A stretch of DNA of 64,000 nucleotides from Anaerolineae bacterium (GCA_026129165.1 JAHCIP010000002.1:6761-70760); one strand, 5' to 3'; positions 1 to 9,465 are shown, counted from the first letter of the stretch. The notes: generated from the sequence alone by a model not told the origin. Program-made: numbers and translations.

Positions 1-120
1 CTCGGCCTCGTCAGCCTGGAGGACATCAGCGAAGCCTTCCTCGTCGCCAGCTTCCTCCAGCGCGGCGGGCCTGGCGCGACCCCCTCCGAAACCGACCGCA
101 CCGGCGAGGTAGTGGTGTAA
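1..120 (+). CDS. 3' end of an upstream gene (C-terminal about 39 codons, open from the window start to TAA at 118-120); product unknown
   Basis: The frame is open from position 1 and ends LGLVSLEDISEAFLVASFLQRGGPGATPSETDRTGEVVV*. There is no start within the window. Confidence 0.3.
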   Translation, partial: LGLVSLEDISEAFLVASFLQRGGPGATPSETDRTGEVVV

Positions 121-130
121 CGAGGGCGCG

Positions 131-158
131 GTTGACAAGAGGCATAGGACTTGCATAA
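131..158 (+). promoter_or_regulatory. Sigma70-like promoter (TTGACA-N16-CATAAT) for the TA pair
   Basis: TTGACA at 131-136, a 16-nt spacer, then CATAAT at 153-158. GGTGGAGG (Shine-Dalgarno) lies just upstream of the ATG at 179. Confidence 0.5.
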
Positions 159-178
159 TTTAGGGTGGAGGTCTATCC

Positions 179-481
179 ATGTTAGCCCCCACCTTTGTCT
201 TACCTCACGAAGCCATCGCGGCTCTATGTGCGCAGTATCACGTGCGCGAACTGCTTATCTTTGGCTCGGCCATTCGGGACGACTTCTCTCCCGAAAGCGA
301 CGTTGATCTGCTGGTCGAGTTTGAGCCAGAGGCCAAGGTCGGTTTTCTCACGTTAATACGTCTCGAACGTGAGTTAGCCGCGCTGCTCCAGCGGCCGGTG
401 GACCTTGTCCCCAAGAACGGACTTCATCCGCGCCTCCGGGCTTCCGTTCTCGCTTCGGCCCAGGTTCTCTATACGGCGTGA
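179..481 (+). CDS. mntA: Nucleotidyltransferase-domain antitoxin (MntA/MNT-like, Pol-beta superfamily)
   Basis: 100 aa with the motif FGSAIRDDFSPESDVDLLVEF (GS...DxD minimal nucleotidyltransferase). It is immediately followed by a HEPN/DUF86 gene. Confidence 0.75.
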   Translation: MLAPTFVLPHEAIAALCAQYHVRELLIFGSAIRDDFSPESDVDLLVEFEPEAKVGFLTLIRLERELAALLQRPVDLVPKNGLHPRLRASVLASAQVLYTA

Positions 482-821
482 AGAACTCTACCTGGCCGAC
501 ATCGTTGAAGCCGCCGACGCGATTCAAGGCTTTCTGGAGGACGTGGAATTCGAGCGCTTCCGAGCGAGCGACTTGATACGAAGCGCGGTCCTCCAAAAAC
601 TCACTATCATCGGTGAAGCCGTGTCGCGTTTACCAGCCGCTTTTCGGCAGCGACATCCGGAGGTTGAGTGGTCGGATATCGCTGGCTTCCGAAACATAGC
701 CGTTCACGCCTACTTCGCCATTGACTGGCGGATTGTCTGGGTGGCGGCGACACAAGAAGCACAAGAGTTGGCAGCTATCGTGGCTAACATCCTTTCGACC
801 GAGTATCCGAGTAGCGAGTAA
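405..821 (+). CDS. hepT: HepT/DUF86 HEPN-domain toxin (RNase); start uncertain (TTG at 405 is the only in-frame start and gives a 77-nt overlap with mntA)
   Basis: The Rx4HxY HEPN motif is present (FRNIAVHAYFAID), in typical DUF86 context. No ATG or GTG lies in frame between 405 and 481. Confidence 0.65.
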   Translation: MSPRTDFIRASGLPFSLRPRFSIRREELYLADIVEAADAIQGFLEDVEFERFRASDLIRSAVLQKLTIIGEAVSRLPAAFRQRHPEVEWSDIAGFRNIAVHAYFAIDWRIVWVAATQEAQELAAIVANILSTEYPSSE

Positions 822-852
822 CCTTAAAACCGCATATCTGGAGGCGCCTCGC

Positions 853-1509
853 ATGAACATCCGTGGCATCATCTTCGACCTGGATGGCGTGCTAACCGAT
901 ACCGCCGAGTACCACTTCCTGTCCTGGCAACGCCTGGCCCACGAATTAGGCATCCCCTTTACCCGAGACGACAACGAACATCTGCGCGGCGTCTCGCGCC
1001 GCCAATCCCTTGAACTCCTGCTCAAAGGCCGCGTCCTGCCCGAAGACCAGATGCAGGCGCTCATGGAGCGCAAGAACGGCTACTACGTCGAGTCGCTGGT
1101 CAACATCACGCCAGACGATCTACTGCCTGGCGTCCGCCCCCTGTTGGACGAACTTCGTACCGCTGGCATCCAGACCGCCATTGGTTCAGCCAGCAAGAAC
1201 GCCCAGGAAGTCGTACGCCGCCTGGAGATTGGCGCGGACATTGACGCCATCGCCGACGGCTACTCCGTCATCCGCCCCAAGCCCGCCCCGGACCTCTTCG
1301 TGTATGCCGCTGGCATGCTCCGCCTGCCGGTGGCTGAGTGCGTCGTCGTCGAAGACGCGGCCGCCGGCGTTGACGCCGCCCAGGCAGCCGCGATGAAGGC
1401 GATTGGCCTCGGCCCTGTTGAACGCGTCGGCCACGCGGACGCGGTCTTCCCCGACCTCTCGAATGTCACGTTGAAGGACATTGTGGAAGCACTGGAGGCC
1501 CGCCCATGA
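853..1509 (+). CDS. pgmB: Beta-phosphoglucomutase (HAD family)
   Basis: Starts MNIRGIIFDLDGVLTDTAEYH (HAD motif I DxDG). It is 218 aa and overlaps the GH65 gene by ATGA. GGAGG sits upstream of the ATG at 853. The track ORF 721..1509 is an N-terminal over-extension. Confidence 0.8.
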   Translation: MNIRGIIFDLDGVLTDTAEYHFLSWQRLAHELGIPFTRDDNEHLRGVSRRQSLELLLKGRVLPEDQMQALMERKNGYYVESLVNITPDDLLPGVRPLLDELRTAGIQTAIGSASKNAQEVVRRLEIGADIDAIADGYSVIRPKPAPDLFVYAAGMLRLPVAECVVVEDAAAGVDAAQAAAMKAIGLGPVERVGHADAVFPDLSNVTLKDIVEALEARP

Positions 1510-3677
1510 CTACCCCCACCTGGCTCATCCGCGAAACCAGTTTTGACCCCGCCAAGCTCCGGCCCCAAGAATCGGTCTTCACCATCGGCAACGGTGTCCT
1601 CTCGACGCGCGGCGCGTTTGAAGAAGGCTACCCCGGCGAGTGGGCGACGACCATGATCCACGGCGTCTTCGACCACGTGCCCATCGTCATGACCGAACTC
1701 GCCAACGCCCCCAACTGGCTGCCCCTGGCCGTTACCGTTGGCGGCGAGCGCGTCCGCCTCGACCAGGGCGAACTCCTCAGCTACGAGCGGATCCTCGACC
1801 TGAGTATGGGGGTCCTGCGCCGCGCCTTCCGCTGGCGCAGCCCGCAGGGCCGCACCGTAGACGTTCGCTATGAACGGTTCACCAGCCTGGCCGATACAGC
1901 CGTCCTCGCCCAGCGCGTTGAAGTCACTCTCGTGGACGGCGCGGGCGAAGTCGTCATCGAAGGCGGCTTCGACGGCCACGTCACCAACCTCGGCTTCGTC
2001 CACTGGAATAAGGTCGCCCAGGGCCAGACCGACAACCAGACGGTCTACCTGGTCAGCCGCACCCGCCAGACGGGCATTCTCCTGGGCCAGGCCGCCCGTC
2101 TCGCCATTGTGGATTGTCCCGACGCGGCTTACGCTGTCCACCACGCCGAGAACCGGCCGGTCGTCGTCGCTCGGGTCCAGGCGCAGCCGGGCCAGACTGT
2201 CACCGCCGAAAAGATTGTCACGCTATTCTCTGCCCTGGACGCGGGCCGCGCCGTCCGCGAGGCCGCGCTGGACACGCTGAACAATGTCGCCGCCAGCGCG
2301 GGCGTCTACGACCGCCTGAAAGCGGCTAATGCCGAGGCGTGGGCGAAGCTGTGGGACACCACCGACATCATCATCGAGGGCGACGACGAAGCCCAGGTCG
2401 CCACACGCTACAGCCTGTTCCAACTGCTCATCGCCGCCCCCCGCCACGATGAGTACGTCAGCATCGCCGCCAAGACCATGAGCGGCTTCGGCTACCGCGG
2501 CCACGTCTTCTGGGACACTGAAATCTTCATCCTGCCCATGTTCACCTTCACCCAGCCCGCGCTCGCCCGCAACCTGCTGCTCTATCGCTACCACACCCTC
2601 GGCGGCGCGCGCACCAAAGCCCGCGAGAACGGCTTCCAGGGCGCGCAGTACCCCTGGGAGTCGGCCATGATCGGCGACGAGGTGACGCCCAAGACCGTCC
2701 CCGGCCCCGACGGCAAGGACGTGCGCATCTGGACCGGCGACATCGAAATCCACATCTCGTCGGACATCGCCTTTGCCGTCTGGCAGTACTGGCAGGTCAC
2801 CGGTGACGACGCCTTCATGCGCGACTACGGCGCGGAGATGATTCTCGATACGGCCCAGTTCTGGGGCAGCCGGGCCGAGTGGGTCGCGGAGAAGGAGCGC
2901 TACGAGGTCAACGACGTCATCGGCCCCGACGAGTACCACGAGCACGTGGACAACAACTTCTACACCAACTATCTGCTGCGCTGGCACCTGCGCCTGGCCC
3001 TCTCGCTGCTGGATTGGCTGGCCGCTACCGCCTCTGACAAGCGGAACGACCTAGTCACGCGGCTTGGTCTCACCGAGGACCAACTGGACCACTGGCGCGA
3101 CATTATCGCCCGCATTACTATCCTCCAGGCCCCGGAAACTGGACTGTTCGAGCAATTTGAGGGTTACTTCGAGCGGCGCGACGTGGACCTGGCCGCCCTG
3201 GAACCGCGCCACAAGTCGGTCCAAGCGCTCTTCGGCATCGAGGAGACTAACCATACCCAAGTCCTCAAGCAGCCCGACGTCCTCATGCTGTTCTACATGC
3301 TGCCGAATGAGTTCGACGCCCGCACCGTGCAGGCCAACTGGGACTACTACACCCCGCGTACCGACCTGACCCACGGCTCGTCCCTCGCGCCGGGCATTCA
3401 GGCCATCCTGGCCTGCCGTATGGGCGACGCCGAGGCGGCCTATCCCTTCTTCAGGCAAGCCGCCCTGGTGGACTTGAAGGACTTGCGCCTCAACGCCGAA
3501 CACGGCATCCACGGCGCGGCGGCTGGCTCGGTCTGGCAGGCGGCGGTCTTCGGCTTTGGCGGCATCCGCGTCACCGAGCACGGCCTGGTCAGCCAACCGC
3601 ACCTGCCCAGCCACTGGCGTCGCCTCAAGTTCAAGATTGTGTACAAGGGTGAGGTAAAGGAGTTTGATTTCCATTGA
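1506..3677 (+). CDS. Glycoside hydrolase family 65 disaccharide phosphorylase (maltose, trehalose or kojibiose phosphorylase type)
   Basis: 723 aa. The N-terminus FTIGNGVLSTRGAFEEGYPGE is typical of GH65. It is paired with pgmB in a classic operon. Confidence 0.85.
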   Translation: MTTPTWLIRETSFDPAKLRPQESVFTIGNGVLSTRGAFEEGYPGEWATTMIHGVFDHVPIVMTELANAPNWLPLAVTVGGERVRLDQGELLSYERILDLSMGVLRRAFRWRSPQGRTVDVRYERFTSLADTAVLAQRVEVTLVDGAGEVVIEGGFDGHVTNLGFVHWNKVAQGQTDNQTVYLVSRTRQTGILLGQAARLAIVDCPDAAYAVHHAENRPVVVARVQAQPGQTVTAEKIVTLFSALDAGRAVREAALDTLNNVAASAGVYDRLKAANAEAWAKLWDTTDIIIEGDDEAQVATRYSLFQLLIAAPRHDEYVSIAAKTMSGFGYRGHVFWDTEIFILPMFTFTQPALARNLLLYRYHTLGGARTKARENGFQGAQYPWESAMIGDEVTPKTVPGPDGKDVRIWTGDIEIHISSDIAFAVWQYWQVTGDDAFMRDYGAEMILDTAQFWGSRAEWVAEKERYEVNDVIGPDEYHEHVDNNFYTNYLLRWHLRLALSLLDWLAATASDKRNDLVTRLGLTEDQLDHWRDIIARITILQAPETGLFEQFEGYFERRDVDLAALEPRHKSVQALFGIEETNHTQVLKQPDVLMLFYMLPNEFDARTVQANWDYYTPRTDLTHGSSLAPGIQAILACRMGDAEAAYPFFRQAALVDLKDLRLNAEHGIHGAAAGSVWQAAVFGFGGIRVTEHGLVSQPHLPSHWRRLKFKIVYKGEVKEFDFH

Positions 3678-3684
3678 AAGCTGC

Positions 3685-3713
3685 TTGACAAACGACCGGG
3701 CAGGCAGTATACT
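3685..3713 (+). promoter_or_regulatory. Sigma70-like promoter (TTGACA-N17-TATACT) of the lacI-family gene
   Basis: TTGACA at 3685-3690, a 17-nt spacer, then TATACT at 3708-3713. Confidence 0.55.
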
Positions 3714-3724
3714 TGAAGAAACCC

Positions 3725-3738
3725 TGGAAACGGTTCCA
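3725..3738 (+). promoter_or_regulatory. Candidate LacI-family operator (TGGAAACGGTTCCA)
   Basis: A 14-nt near-palindrome with a central CG that fits the LacI-family pattern TGnnAnCGnTnnCA. It lies between the -10 and the lacI start, consistent with autoregulation. Confidence 0.45.
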
Positions 3739-3754
3739 ATCGGGGGAGAGCGCT

Positions 3755-4768
3755 ATGACGACCATCCGCGACGTAGCGGAGCATGCTGGGGTCGGACTGG
3801 CGACCGTGTCACGGGTGCTGAACCAGAGTCCGCTGGTCAGCGAAGGCACTCGCCAGCGCGTTCTCGACGTCATCCGTGACCTGAACTATACGCCACACGC
3901 GGCGGCCCGCCGGCTGTCGCTGGGCAAGACGCTCATCATTAAGGTCTTCGTGCCCTTCTTCCCGCGTCCCTCGGTCACCGAACGCCTGGCGGGCGCGGTG
4001 AGCCTGCTCTCGCAAAGCGAGTATGACCTCGTCATCCACAACATTGACACACCCGAACGCCGCGCCACGTGCTTCGAGCACCTACCGACGAGCAAAGAGG
4101 TGGACGGGGTCCTGATTATCTCCCTCTCACCCCTTGACCACGAAGCCGAGAACCTCGTCCACGCTGACATCCCCATCGTCCTCATTGACGCCGACCATCC
4201 CGCCCTGGCCAGGCTCCACCGTGTCACGACCGACGATGTGGAAGGCGGTCGCCGGGCGGCCGAGTACCTGATCCAGTTAGGACACCGGCGGATTGGCTTC
4301 ATTGGGGACACTATCAACAATCCCTTCCACTTTGTGTCCAGTCGAGATCGGTTCCTCGGCTACCAACAGGCCCTGGCCGCCGCCCGTCTCCCAGTGCGAT
4401 CCGAATACTACGCCGAAGGCGAACACGGCCGCCGTGAAGCCCGCGACCTGGCACGGCCCATGCTGTCTTTAGCCGAGCGGCCTACGGCGATTGTGGCGGC
4501 CAGCGATACCCAGGCCGTGGGCGTCCTGGAGGCGGCGCGGGAGTTAGGCCTGCGCGTCCCCGAGAACCTATCGGTCATCGGCTACGATGACATTGAAGTG
4601 GCGGATATGATGGGGCTGACCACCATGCGCCAGATGTTGTATGAGTTTGGTCAGCGCGGGGTCGAGTTGCTTCTCGAAACCCTGGACAGCCCCGACCGCC
4701 CCCCCGTACACGAAATCATGCCCACTGAGCTAGTGGTGCGCCATACCACCGCGCCCCCTGGCATCTGA
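3755..4768 (+). CDS. LacI family transcriptional regulator
   Basis: HTH N-terminus MTTIRDVAEHAGVGLATVSRVLNQ followed by a periplasmic-binding-like sugar domain. Trimmed to the ATG at 3755. Confidence 0.85.
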   Translation: MTTIRDVAEHAGVGLATVSRVLNQSPLVSEGTRQRVLDVIRDLNYTPHAAARRLSLGKTLIIKVFVPFFPRPSVTERLAGAVSLLSQSEYDLVIHNIDTPERRATCFEHLPTSKEVDGVLIISLSPLDHEAENLVHADIPIVLIDADHPALARLHRVTTDDVEGGRRAAEYLIQLGHRRIGFIGDTINNPFHFVSSRDRFLGYQQALAAARLPVRSEYYAEGEHGRREARDLARPMLSLAERPTAIVAASDTQAVGVLEAARELGLRVPENLSVIGYDDIEVADMMGLTTMRQMLYEFGQRGVELLLETLDSPDRPPVHEIMPTELVVRHTTAPPGI

Positions 4769-4908
4769 CACGGCCAAGCCCGCGCGTTGCAGGTATTGAC
4801 ACTCAAGGAGGTGCTACGCCCGCAATCCAGTTGTCCCCTGCCCCTGACACGCAAGGATACACACGGTCGTCTAACTCACGGAGTATATCTCAAGGAGGAG
4901 AACAGTCC

Positions 4909-6282
4909 ATGAAGCAAACTAGCTTGACCCTCATCATCCTTGTCGCCCTCGTCCTGGCTGCCTGTAGTGGCGGCGCGACACAGACCCAGACCGCCCCTAA
5001 GGCTACCGAAGTCCCCAAGGCCGCGCAGCCCGTGCCGGCCCAGGCCACCACCGCTCCCGCACAGAGCCAGCAGCCCGCTGCCTCCGCCAGCGGTCCCGGT
5101 TTCTTCAAGAAATTCGACGTCGAACCCAACGCGCAGATCACCTTCTCCGGCTGGGGCGACGAGGCCGAGCAGGCCGTGTGGCGCGACGCCATCGCCCGCT
5201 TCAACAAAGTCTACCCCGACGTCAAAGTCACCTATCAGCCTGTCCCCGCCGACTTCCAGACCAAGCTCAAGGCCCAGATGGCCGCCAACCAGGCCCCCGA
5301 CACCTTCTACGTGGACGGCGAGCTGATGACAGCCTTCGGCGCGACAGGCAAGCTCCTGGCCCTGGACGACTATCTGGGTCAGTCTGGCCTCCAGAAGTCG
5401 GACTGGCTCGAAAGCCTGCTGCCGGTCTTCACCAACGCGGGCAAGCTGTACGCCATCCCGAAGGACTTCGGTACGCTCGGCCTAGTCTACCTGCCTGACA
5501 TGTTCACCGCCGCTGGCGTCAAGGAGCCGACGGCTGACTGGACGATGGATGACCTGAAGAACGCCGCCAAGCAGCTCACCAAGGGCCGCGTCTACGGCTT
5601 CTGCATGGCCCCCGACTGGGCGCGCTTCGCCCCATCCCTCTTCCAGCTCGGCGGCGACTTCACCGATGCCAACTTCACCAAGGCCACCTTCAACTCGCCC
5701 GAGGCTGTGCAGGCCACCCAGTACTGGGCCGACATGAAGCTCAAGGACAAGTCCCTCGCCTCCCCCAGCGACGTTGGCTCCGGCTGGTGCGGTGAGGCCA
5801 TCGCCAAGCAGCAAGTCGCCATGACCTGGGAAGGCGGGTGGATGATCCCCTTCCTCGCCAAGGACTTCAAGGACGTCAAGTACAAGATTATCCCCCTGCC
5901 TAAGGGCGCGAAGGGCGTCTCCGACATTCTGTTCACCAACGGCATCGGCGTGAACGCCGCTACCAAGTTCCCCAAGGCGTCCGCTGCCCTCGCTCTCTAT
6001 CTCGGTAGCCGCGAGAACCAGGAAGCCATCCTCCAGACTGGCTTCGCTCTGCCTTCGACCAAGGCGTCCCTCGACCACCCCTGGTTCAAGGACCATCCCA
6101 ACGAGGCCGCCCTGGCGCAGATGGGTAAGGTTGGCAAGCTGGCCTACTGGGGTGCACAAGGCGCCAAGGTCCAGGACGCCGTCGCCAAGTCGCTGGAGAA
6201 GGTCTGGCTCGGCCAGTCCGAACCGAAGGCGGCCCTCGACGCCGGCGTTGACCAGGCCAATAAGGACATGGCAGCCAAATAA
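4909..6282 (+). CDS. Sugar ABC transporter substrate-binding lipoprotein (family 1 SBP)
   Basis: Starts MKQTSLTLIILVALVLAACSGG (lipobox LAAC), followed by a Thr/Pro/Ala-rich linker and an SBP_bac_1-like body. AAGGAGGAG sits before the ATG at 4909. Confidence 0.8.
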   Translation: MKQTSLTLIILVALVLAACSGGATQTQTAPKATEVPKAAQPVPAQATTAPAQSQQPAASASGPGFFKKFDVEPNAQITFSGWGDEAEQAVWRDAIARFNKVYPDVKVTYQPVPADFQTKLKAQMAANQAPDTFYVDGELMTAFGATGKLLALDDYLGQSGLQKSDWLESLLPVFTNAGKLYAIPKDFGTLGLVYLPDMFTAAGVKEPTADWTMDDLKNAAKQLTKGRVYGFCMAPDWARFAPSLFQLGGDFTDANFTKATFNSPEAVQATQYWADMKLKDKSLASPSDVGSGWCGEAIAKQQVAMTWEGGWMIPFLAKDFKDVKYKIIPLPKGAKGVSDILFTNGIGVNAATKFPKASAALALYLGSRENQEAILQTGFALPSTKASLDHPWFKDHPNEAALAQMGKVGKLAYWGAQGAKVQDAVAKSLEKVWLGQSEPKAALDAGVDQANKDMAAK

Positions 6283-6286
6283 GTGA

Positions 6287-6366
6287 CAGGGGCTAGGGGC
6301 CAGGGGTCAGGGGCCAGCGAAAGAAGGACTGGCCCTAGCCCCTGGTCCCTAATCCCTCACCCCTGT
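6287..6366. repeat. Palindromic element made of tandem AGGGGYY heptamers (x4), a loop, then inverse NNCCCT heptamers (x4)
   Basis: The left arm is aggggct aggggcc aggggtc aggggcc. The right arm is agcccct ggtccct aatccct cacccct. It is intergenic between the SBP and permease genes. Confidence 0.6.
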
Positions 6367-6380
6367 TCTAAGGAGGCAGC

Positions 6381-7385
6381 ATGGCAGCGCAAGCAACACG
6401 GCAACGAACAGGCTTCTGGCAGAACGAGAAGGCACGTGGCGAAGCCCTCACTGCGTACCTGTTCCTGTCGCCCTACCTCATTATTACCCTGGTCTTTACC
6501 GTCGGTCTGCTGATCTACGCGGTGTATCTGAGCTTTACCCGCTTCGACCTTTTCACCCCACCGGAGTGGCGCGGCATCAACAACTACATCGAGTCGCTCG
6601 GTGACGCACGCTTCCTACGCTCCCTCTACAATGTGGCGTGGTACTCCCTCATCGTCACCCCGGTCCAGACCCTCCTGGCGATTCTAATGGCTGTCCTGCT
6701 CAACGCCCCCATCGCGGGCAAGCGCTTCTTCAGGACGGTTTTCTACGCTCCCAGTGTGACCTCGTCTGTTGTCATTTCGATGATTTTTATCTGGCTCTAC
6801 AACCGTAACGGCTTTATCAACTTTGGCCTGTCACAGCTGCTCAGCCGCGACGTGACGGTGAGCTGGCTCCAGGAGCCGCGCGGGCTGATTGAGATTATCG
6901 CTGGCCTGTTTGGCGGAACTATCCCCGCCGACCAGTGGTGGCTGCGCGGCCCCAGTGTCGCCCTCATGGCGATTATGGCGATGAACATCTTCACCACCGC
7001 CCCTACCTTTATGATTATGTTCCTCGCCGCCCTCCAGGACATCCCTGGTTATGTCTACGAGGCCGCCTCCCTGGATGGCTCCTACGGCGCGCACCGCTTC
7101 GTCAACATTACCCTGCCCCTGCTGCGGCCCGTCATCCTGCTCGTCATCGTCCTCAGCACCATCGGGACCTTCCAGTTGTTCGACCAGGCTCTGCTGATGA
7201 CGGCCGGCGGTCCGCTCGACACGACCCTGACGCCGACGCTGCTCATCTACAACGAAGCCCTCGGCAAGGCTGGCCCGCCGCGCATGGGCCTCGCCTCGTC
7301 CATGGCGTTTGTGCTCGGCGCGATCATCTTCGTCTTCACCTTCATCCAGCGCCACTACATCGAACGAGGCACGGAGCAGATTTAG
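6381..7385 (+). CDS. Sugar ABC transporter permease (MalF/UgpA-like)
   Basis: 334 aa multi-TM protein carrying the ABC permease signature region. TAAGGAGG lies upstream. Confidence 0.85.
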   Translation: MAAQATRQRTGFWQNEKARGEALTAYLFLSPYLIITLVFTVGLLIYAVYLSFTRFDLFTPPEWRGINNYIESLGDARFLRSLYNVAWYSLIVTPVQTLLAILMAVLLNAPIAGKRFFRTVFYAPSVTSSVVISMIFIWLYNRNGFINFGLSQLLSRDVTVSWLQEPRGLIEIIAGLFGGTIPADQWWLRGPSVALMAIMAMNIFTTAPTFMIMFLAALQDIPGYVYEAASLDGSYGAHRFVNITLPLLRPVILLVIVLSTIGTFQLFDQALLMTAGGPLDTTLTPTLLIYNEALGKAGPPRMGLASSMAFVLGAIIFVFTFIQRHYIERGTEQI

Positions 7386-7461
7386 GGACCAAGGACCAAG
7401 GACCAAAGACCGAAGCCGCCTAGAGTTCTGATTGGTCTTTCGTCCTTCGTCCTTCGTCCTC
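7386..7461. repeat. Palindromic element of tandem GGACCAA heptamers (x3-4), a loop, then inverse CGTCCTT heptamers (x3-4)
   Basis: ggaccaaggaccaaggaccaaagacc ... ggtctttcgtccttcgtccttcgtcc. The arms are complementary except for a periodic C/C mismatch in every unit. Confidence 0.6.
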
Positions 7462-7474
7462 CAAAGGAGGTTCC

Positions 7475-8371
7475 ATGGCCACCGCCACCACCACCCAACA
7501 ACCTGCCCAGGTCGTACAGCCGCAGGCCAAGCCCGCCCAGTATTACCTGGACCGCGTTATCCGTTATGCCTTGCTCATCGGCATCGGCCTGGTCTTGCTC
7601 AGCCCCTTTATCCTGTCCTTCCTAGGGACGTTCAAGACCAACCGCGAGATTCTGGCCTACCCGCCAACCATTATCCCCACTGAGTGGCACCCGGAGAACT
7701 GGGGCCGCGTCTGGGAGACGAGCGCCGGGCCAGGCGCGACCTTCCCCCGCTGGGTGCTGAACACCATCATCCTATGCCTCGTCAACATCGCTACCCAGGT
7801 GCTGTTCTGCTCCATGGCCGCCTTCGCCTTCGCCCGCCTCAACTTTCCGGGCAAGGAACTCGTCTTCTCCGGCATGCTGGCGACGATGATGATCCCCGGC
7901 GCCATCACCCTCGTCCCCGGCTACGTCCTGATTGCCGGGCGGCTGGGCTGGGTCAACAACTACGCCGCCATCCTCGTCCCCGGCGCCGTCGGCGCGTTCG
8001 GCATCTTCCTGCTGACCCAATTCTTCAAGGCGTTGCCTAAGGAGTTAGAGGAGGCCGCCTACATAGACGGGGCGTCGCGCTGGCAAATCTATAAAGACGT
8101 CATCCTACCCCTTGCCAAGCCCGCCCTGCTCACCCTGGTCATCCTGACCTTCCAGGCCCAGTGGAATAACTTCCTCGGTCCGCTGCTCTACTTCCAGGAC
8201 GCCTCGATGTACACCATGACCGTCGGCCTGTCCTTCTTCCGCCAGCAGTACCAGACCGCCTGGAACCTGGTCCTCGTCGGCTCGATGCTCAACGCCATCC
8301 CGGTGCTGATTCTGTTCTTCCTGTTCAACAAGTACTACATCGAGGGCATCTCCTACGCCGGTCTCAAATAA
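7475..8371 (+). CDS. Sugar ABC transporter permease (MalG/UgpE-like)
   Basis: 298 aa with 6 predicted TM segments. AAAGGAGG lies upstream. Confidence 0.85.
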   Translation: MATATTTQQPAQVVQPQAKPAQYYLDRVIRYALLIGIGLVLLSPFILSFLGTFKTNREILAYPPTIIPTEWHPENWGRVWETSAGPGATFPRWVLNTIILCLVNIATQVLFCSMAAFAFARLNFPGKELVFSGMLATMMIPGAITLVPGYVLIAGRLGWVNNYAAILVPGAVGAFGIFLLTQFFKALPKELEEAAYIDGASRWQIYKDVILPLAKPALLTLVILTFQAQWNNFLGPLLYFQDASMYTMTVGLSFFRQQYQTAWNLVLVGSMLNAIPVLILFFLFNKYYIEGISYAGLK

Positions 8372-8410
8372 GTCTTGGGCGGCTTAGGGAAACGGCTCTA
8401 TCACTCGAGT

Positions 8411-8487
8411 CACAAAGGGCACAAAGACACAAAGGCACAAGGAAGAGATCTACATCTTTGTGTCTTTGTGGTCTTTGTGTCGTTTGT
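8411..8487. repeat. Palindromic element of tandem CACAAAG(G) 8-9-mers, a loop, then inverse CTTTGTG units
   Basis: cacaaagggcacaaagacacaaaggcacaagg / aagagatctacat / ctttgtgtctttgtggtctttgtgtcgtttgtg. Confidence 0.6.
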
Positions 8488-8524
8488 GCTAGGCTAAACA
8501 CCAACCAACGCTCTAGAGGGCAAG

Positions 8525-9403
8525 ATGAAACTCACCCGTTACCCTGGCAACCCGGTCCTCGCCCCCATCGCAGCGCACGAGTGGGAGAGCCGCACCGTCT
8601 TCAACTGCGGCGTCGCCTACGACAACGGCGCGGTCATCCTGATCTACCGCGCCCAGGGCATCGGCGCCAATGTCTCACGGCTGGGCTTCGCCGTCAGCGC
8701 GGATGGGGTCCACTTCAGCCGCCTCGACCGTCCCGTCTTCGAGCCGGCCGATCTGACCGAAGTCTGGGGCGTCGAAGACCCGCGCATCACCCGCATAGAC
8801 GACGCCTACTATATGCTCTACACCGCCTGGTCGCCCCTGGGCATCCAGGTGGCGATGGCCTCCACCACCAACTTCTTCACCTGGCAGCGGCACGGCGTCG
8901 TCCTGCCCGGCCCCGACAACAAGGACGCCGCCCTGTTCCCAGAGAAAATTGGCGGGCGTTATGTCATGTTTCACCGCATCCCGCCCGACATCTGGCTGGC
9001 CTACTCCGACGACCTGGTTCACTGGGGCGACTACCGGCGCATCATGCAGCCCCGCCCGGGTAACTGGGATAGCCTCAAGATCGGCGCGGGGGGCCCGCCC
9101 CTCAAGACCGAGCACGGCTGGCTGTGCATCTACCACGGCGTCAGCCCGGACCGGGTCTATCGCCTCGGCGTCGCCCTGCTCGACCTGGATGACCCGTCGC
9201 GGGTGATCCATTGGCCGACAGAGACAATTCTGGAGCCGGAGGAAGCCTGGGAACTAGAGGGCGACGTGCCCAACGTCGTCTTTACCTGCGGCGCCGCCGA
9301 GATAGACGGCCTATACTTTGTCTACTACGGCGGCGCGGATCGAGTCATCGGCGTCGCCACCGCCGACAAGGATACCCTCCTCGACTTCGCCCGCCACGGC
9401 TAG
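8525..9403 (+). CDS. Glycoside hydrolase family 130 (beta-mannoside phosphorylase-type glycosidase)
   Basis: 292 aa. The N-terminus MKLTRYPGNPVLAPIAAHEWESRTVFNCGVAYDNGAVILIYRAQG is typical of GH130. Confidence 0.75.
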   Translation: MKLTRYPGNPVLAPIAAHEWESRTVFNCGVAYDNGAVILIYRAQGIGANVSRLGFAVSADGVHFSRLDRPVFEPADLTEVWGVEDPRITRIDDAYYMLYTAWSPLGIQVAMASTTNFFTWQRHGVVLPGPDNKDAALFPEKIGGRYVMFHRIPPDIWLAYSDDLVHWGDYRRIMQPRPGNWDSLKIGAGGPPLKTEHGWLCIYHGVSPDRVYRLGVALLDLDDPSRVIHWPTETILEPEEAWELEGDVPNVVFTCGAAEIDGLYFVYYGGADRVIGVATADKDTLLDFARHG

Positions 9404-9465
9404 CCCACCCTGACTTGGGTAAGGACGGCTGTGGTAAACGACACAGAACAATGAACCGCAAAGGA

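Noticed and set aside
721-1509. N-terminally extended versions of several genes in the ORF track (721 for pgmB, 3713 for lacI, 4831 for the SBP, 9500 for the CrtC-like gene, 11901 for uxuA, 25529 for the ABC-2 permease, 53332 for M20, 53323 for DUF4349, 42767 for HIBADH, 45058 for the PD40 protein).
   Set aside because: The track takes the longest frame from any ATG, GTG or TTG. Internal ATGs with Shine-Dalgarno motifs, signal peptides, or ATGA coupling to the upstream gene are better starts.
1260-2144. A 294-aa minus-strand ORF antisense to the pgmB/GH65 genes. Similar long antisense ORFs occur at 2223..2987, 5482..6159, 16045..17070, 32125..33495, 50113..50763 and 59189..60229.
   Set aside because: These are typical GC-driven spurious frames opposite strongly supported genes. 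They have Arg/Ala/Gly/Pro-biased composition, no Shine-Dalgarno and no recognisable domains.
4796-4890. A promoter or operator for the SBP gene.
   Set aside because: TTGACA at 4796 has no acceptable -10 at 16-19 nt, and no LacI-type dyad is evident. The gene is probably transcribed from the lacI promoter or from an unrecognised one.
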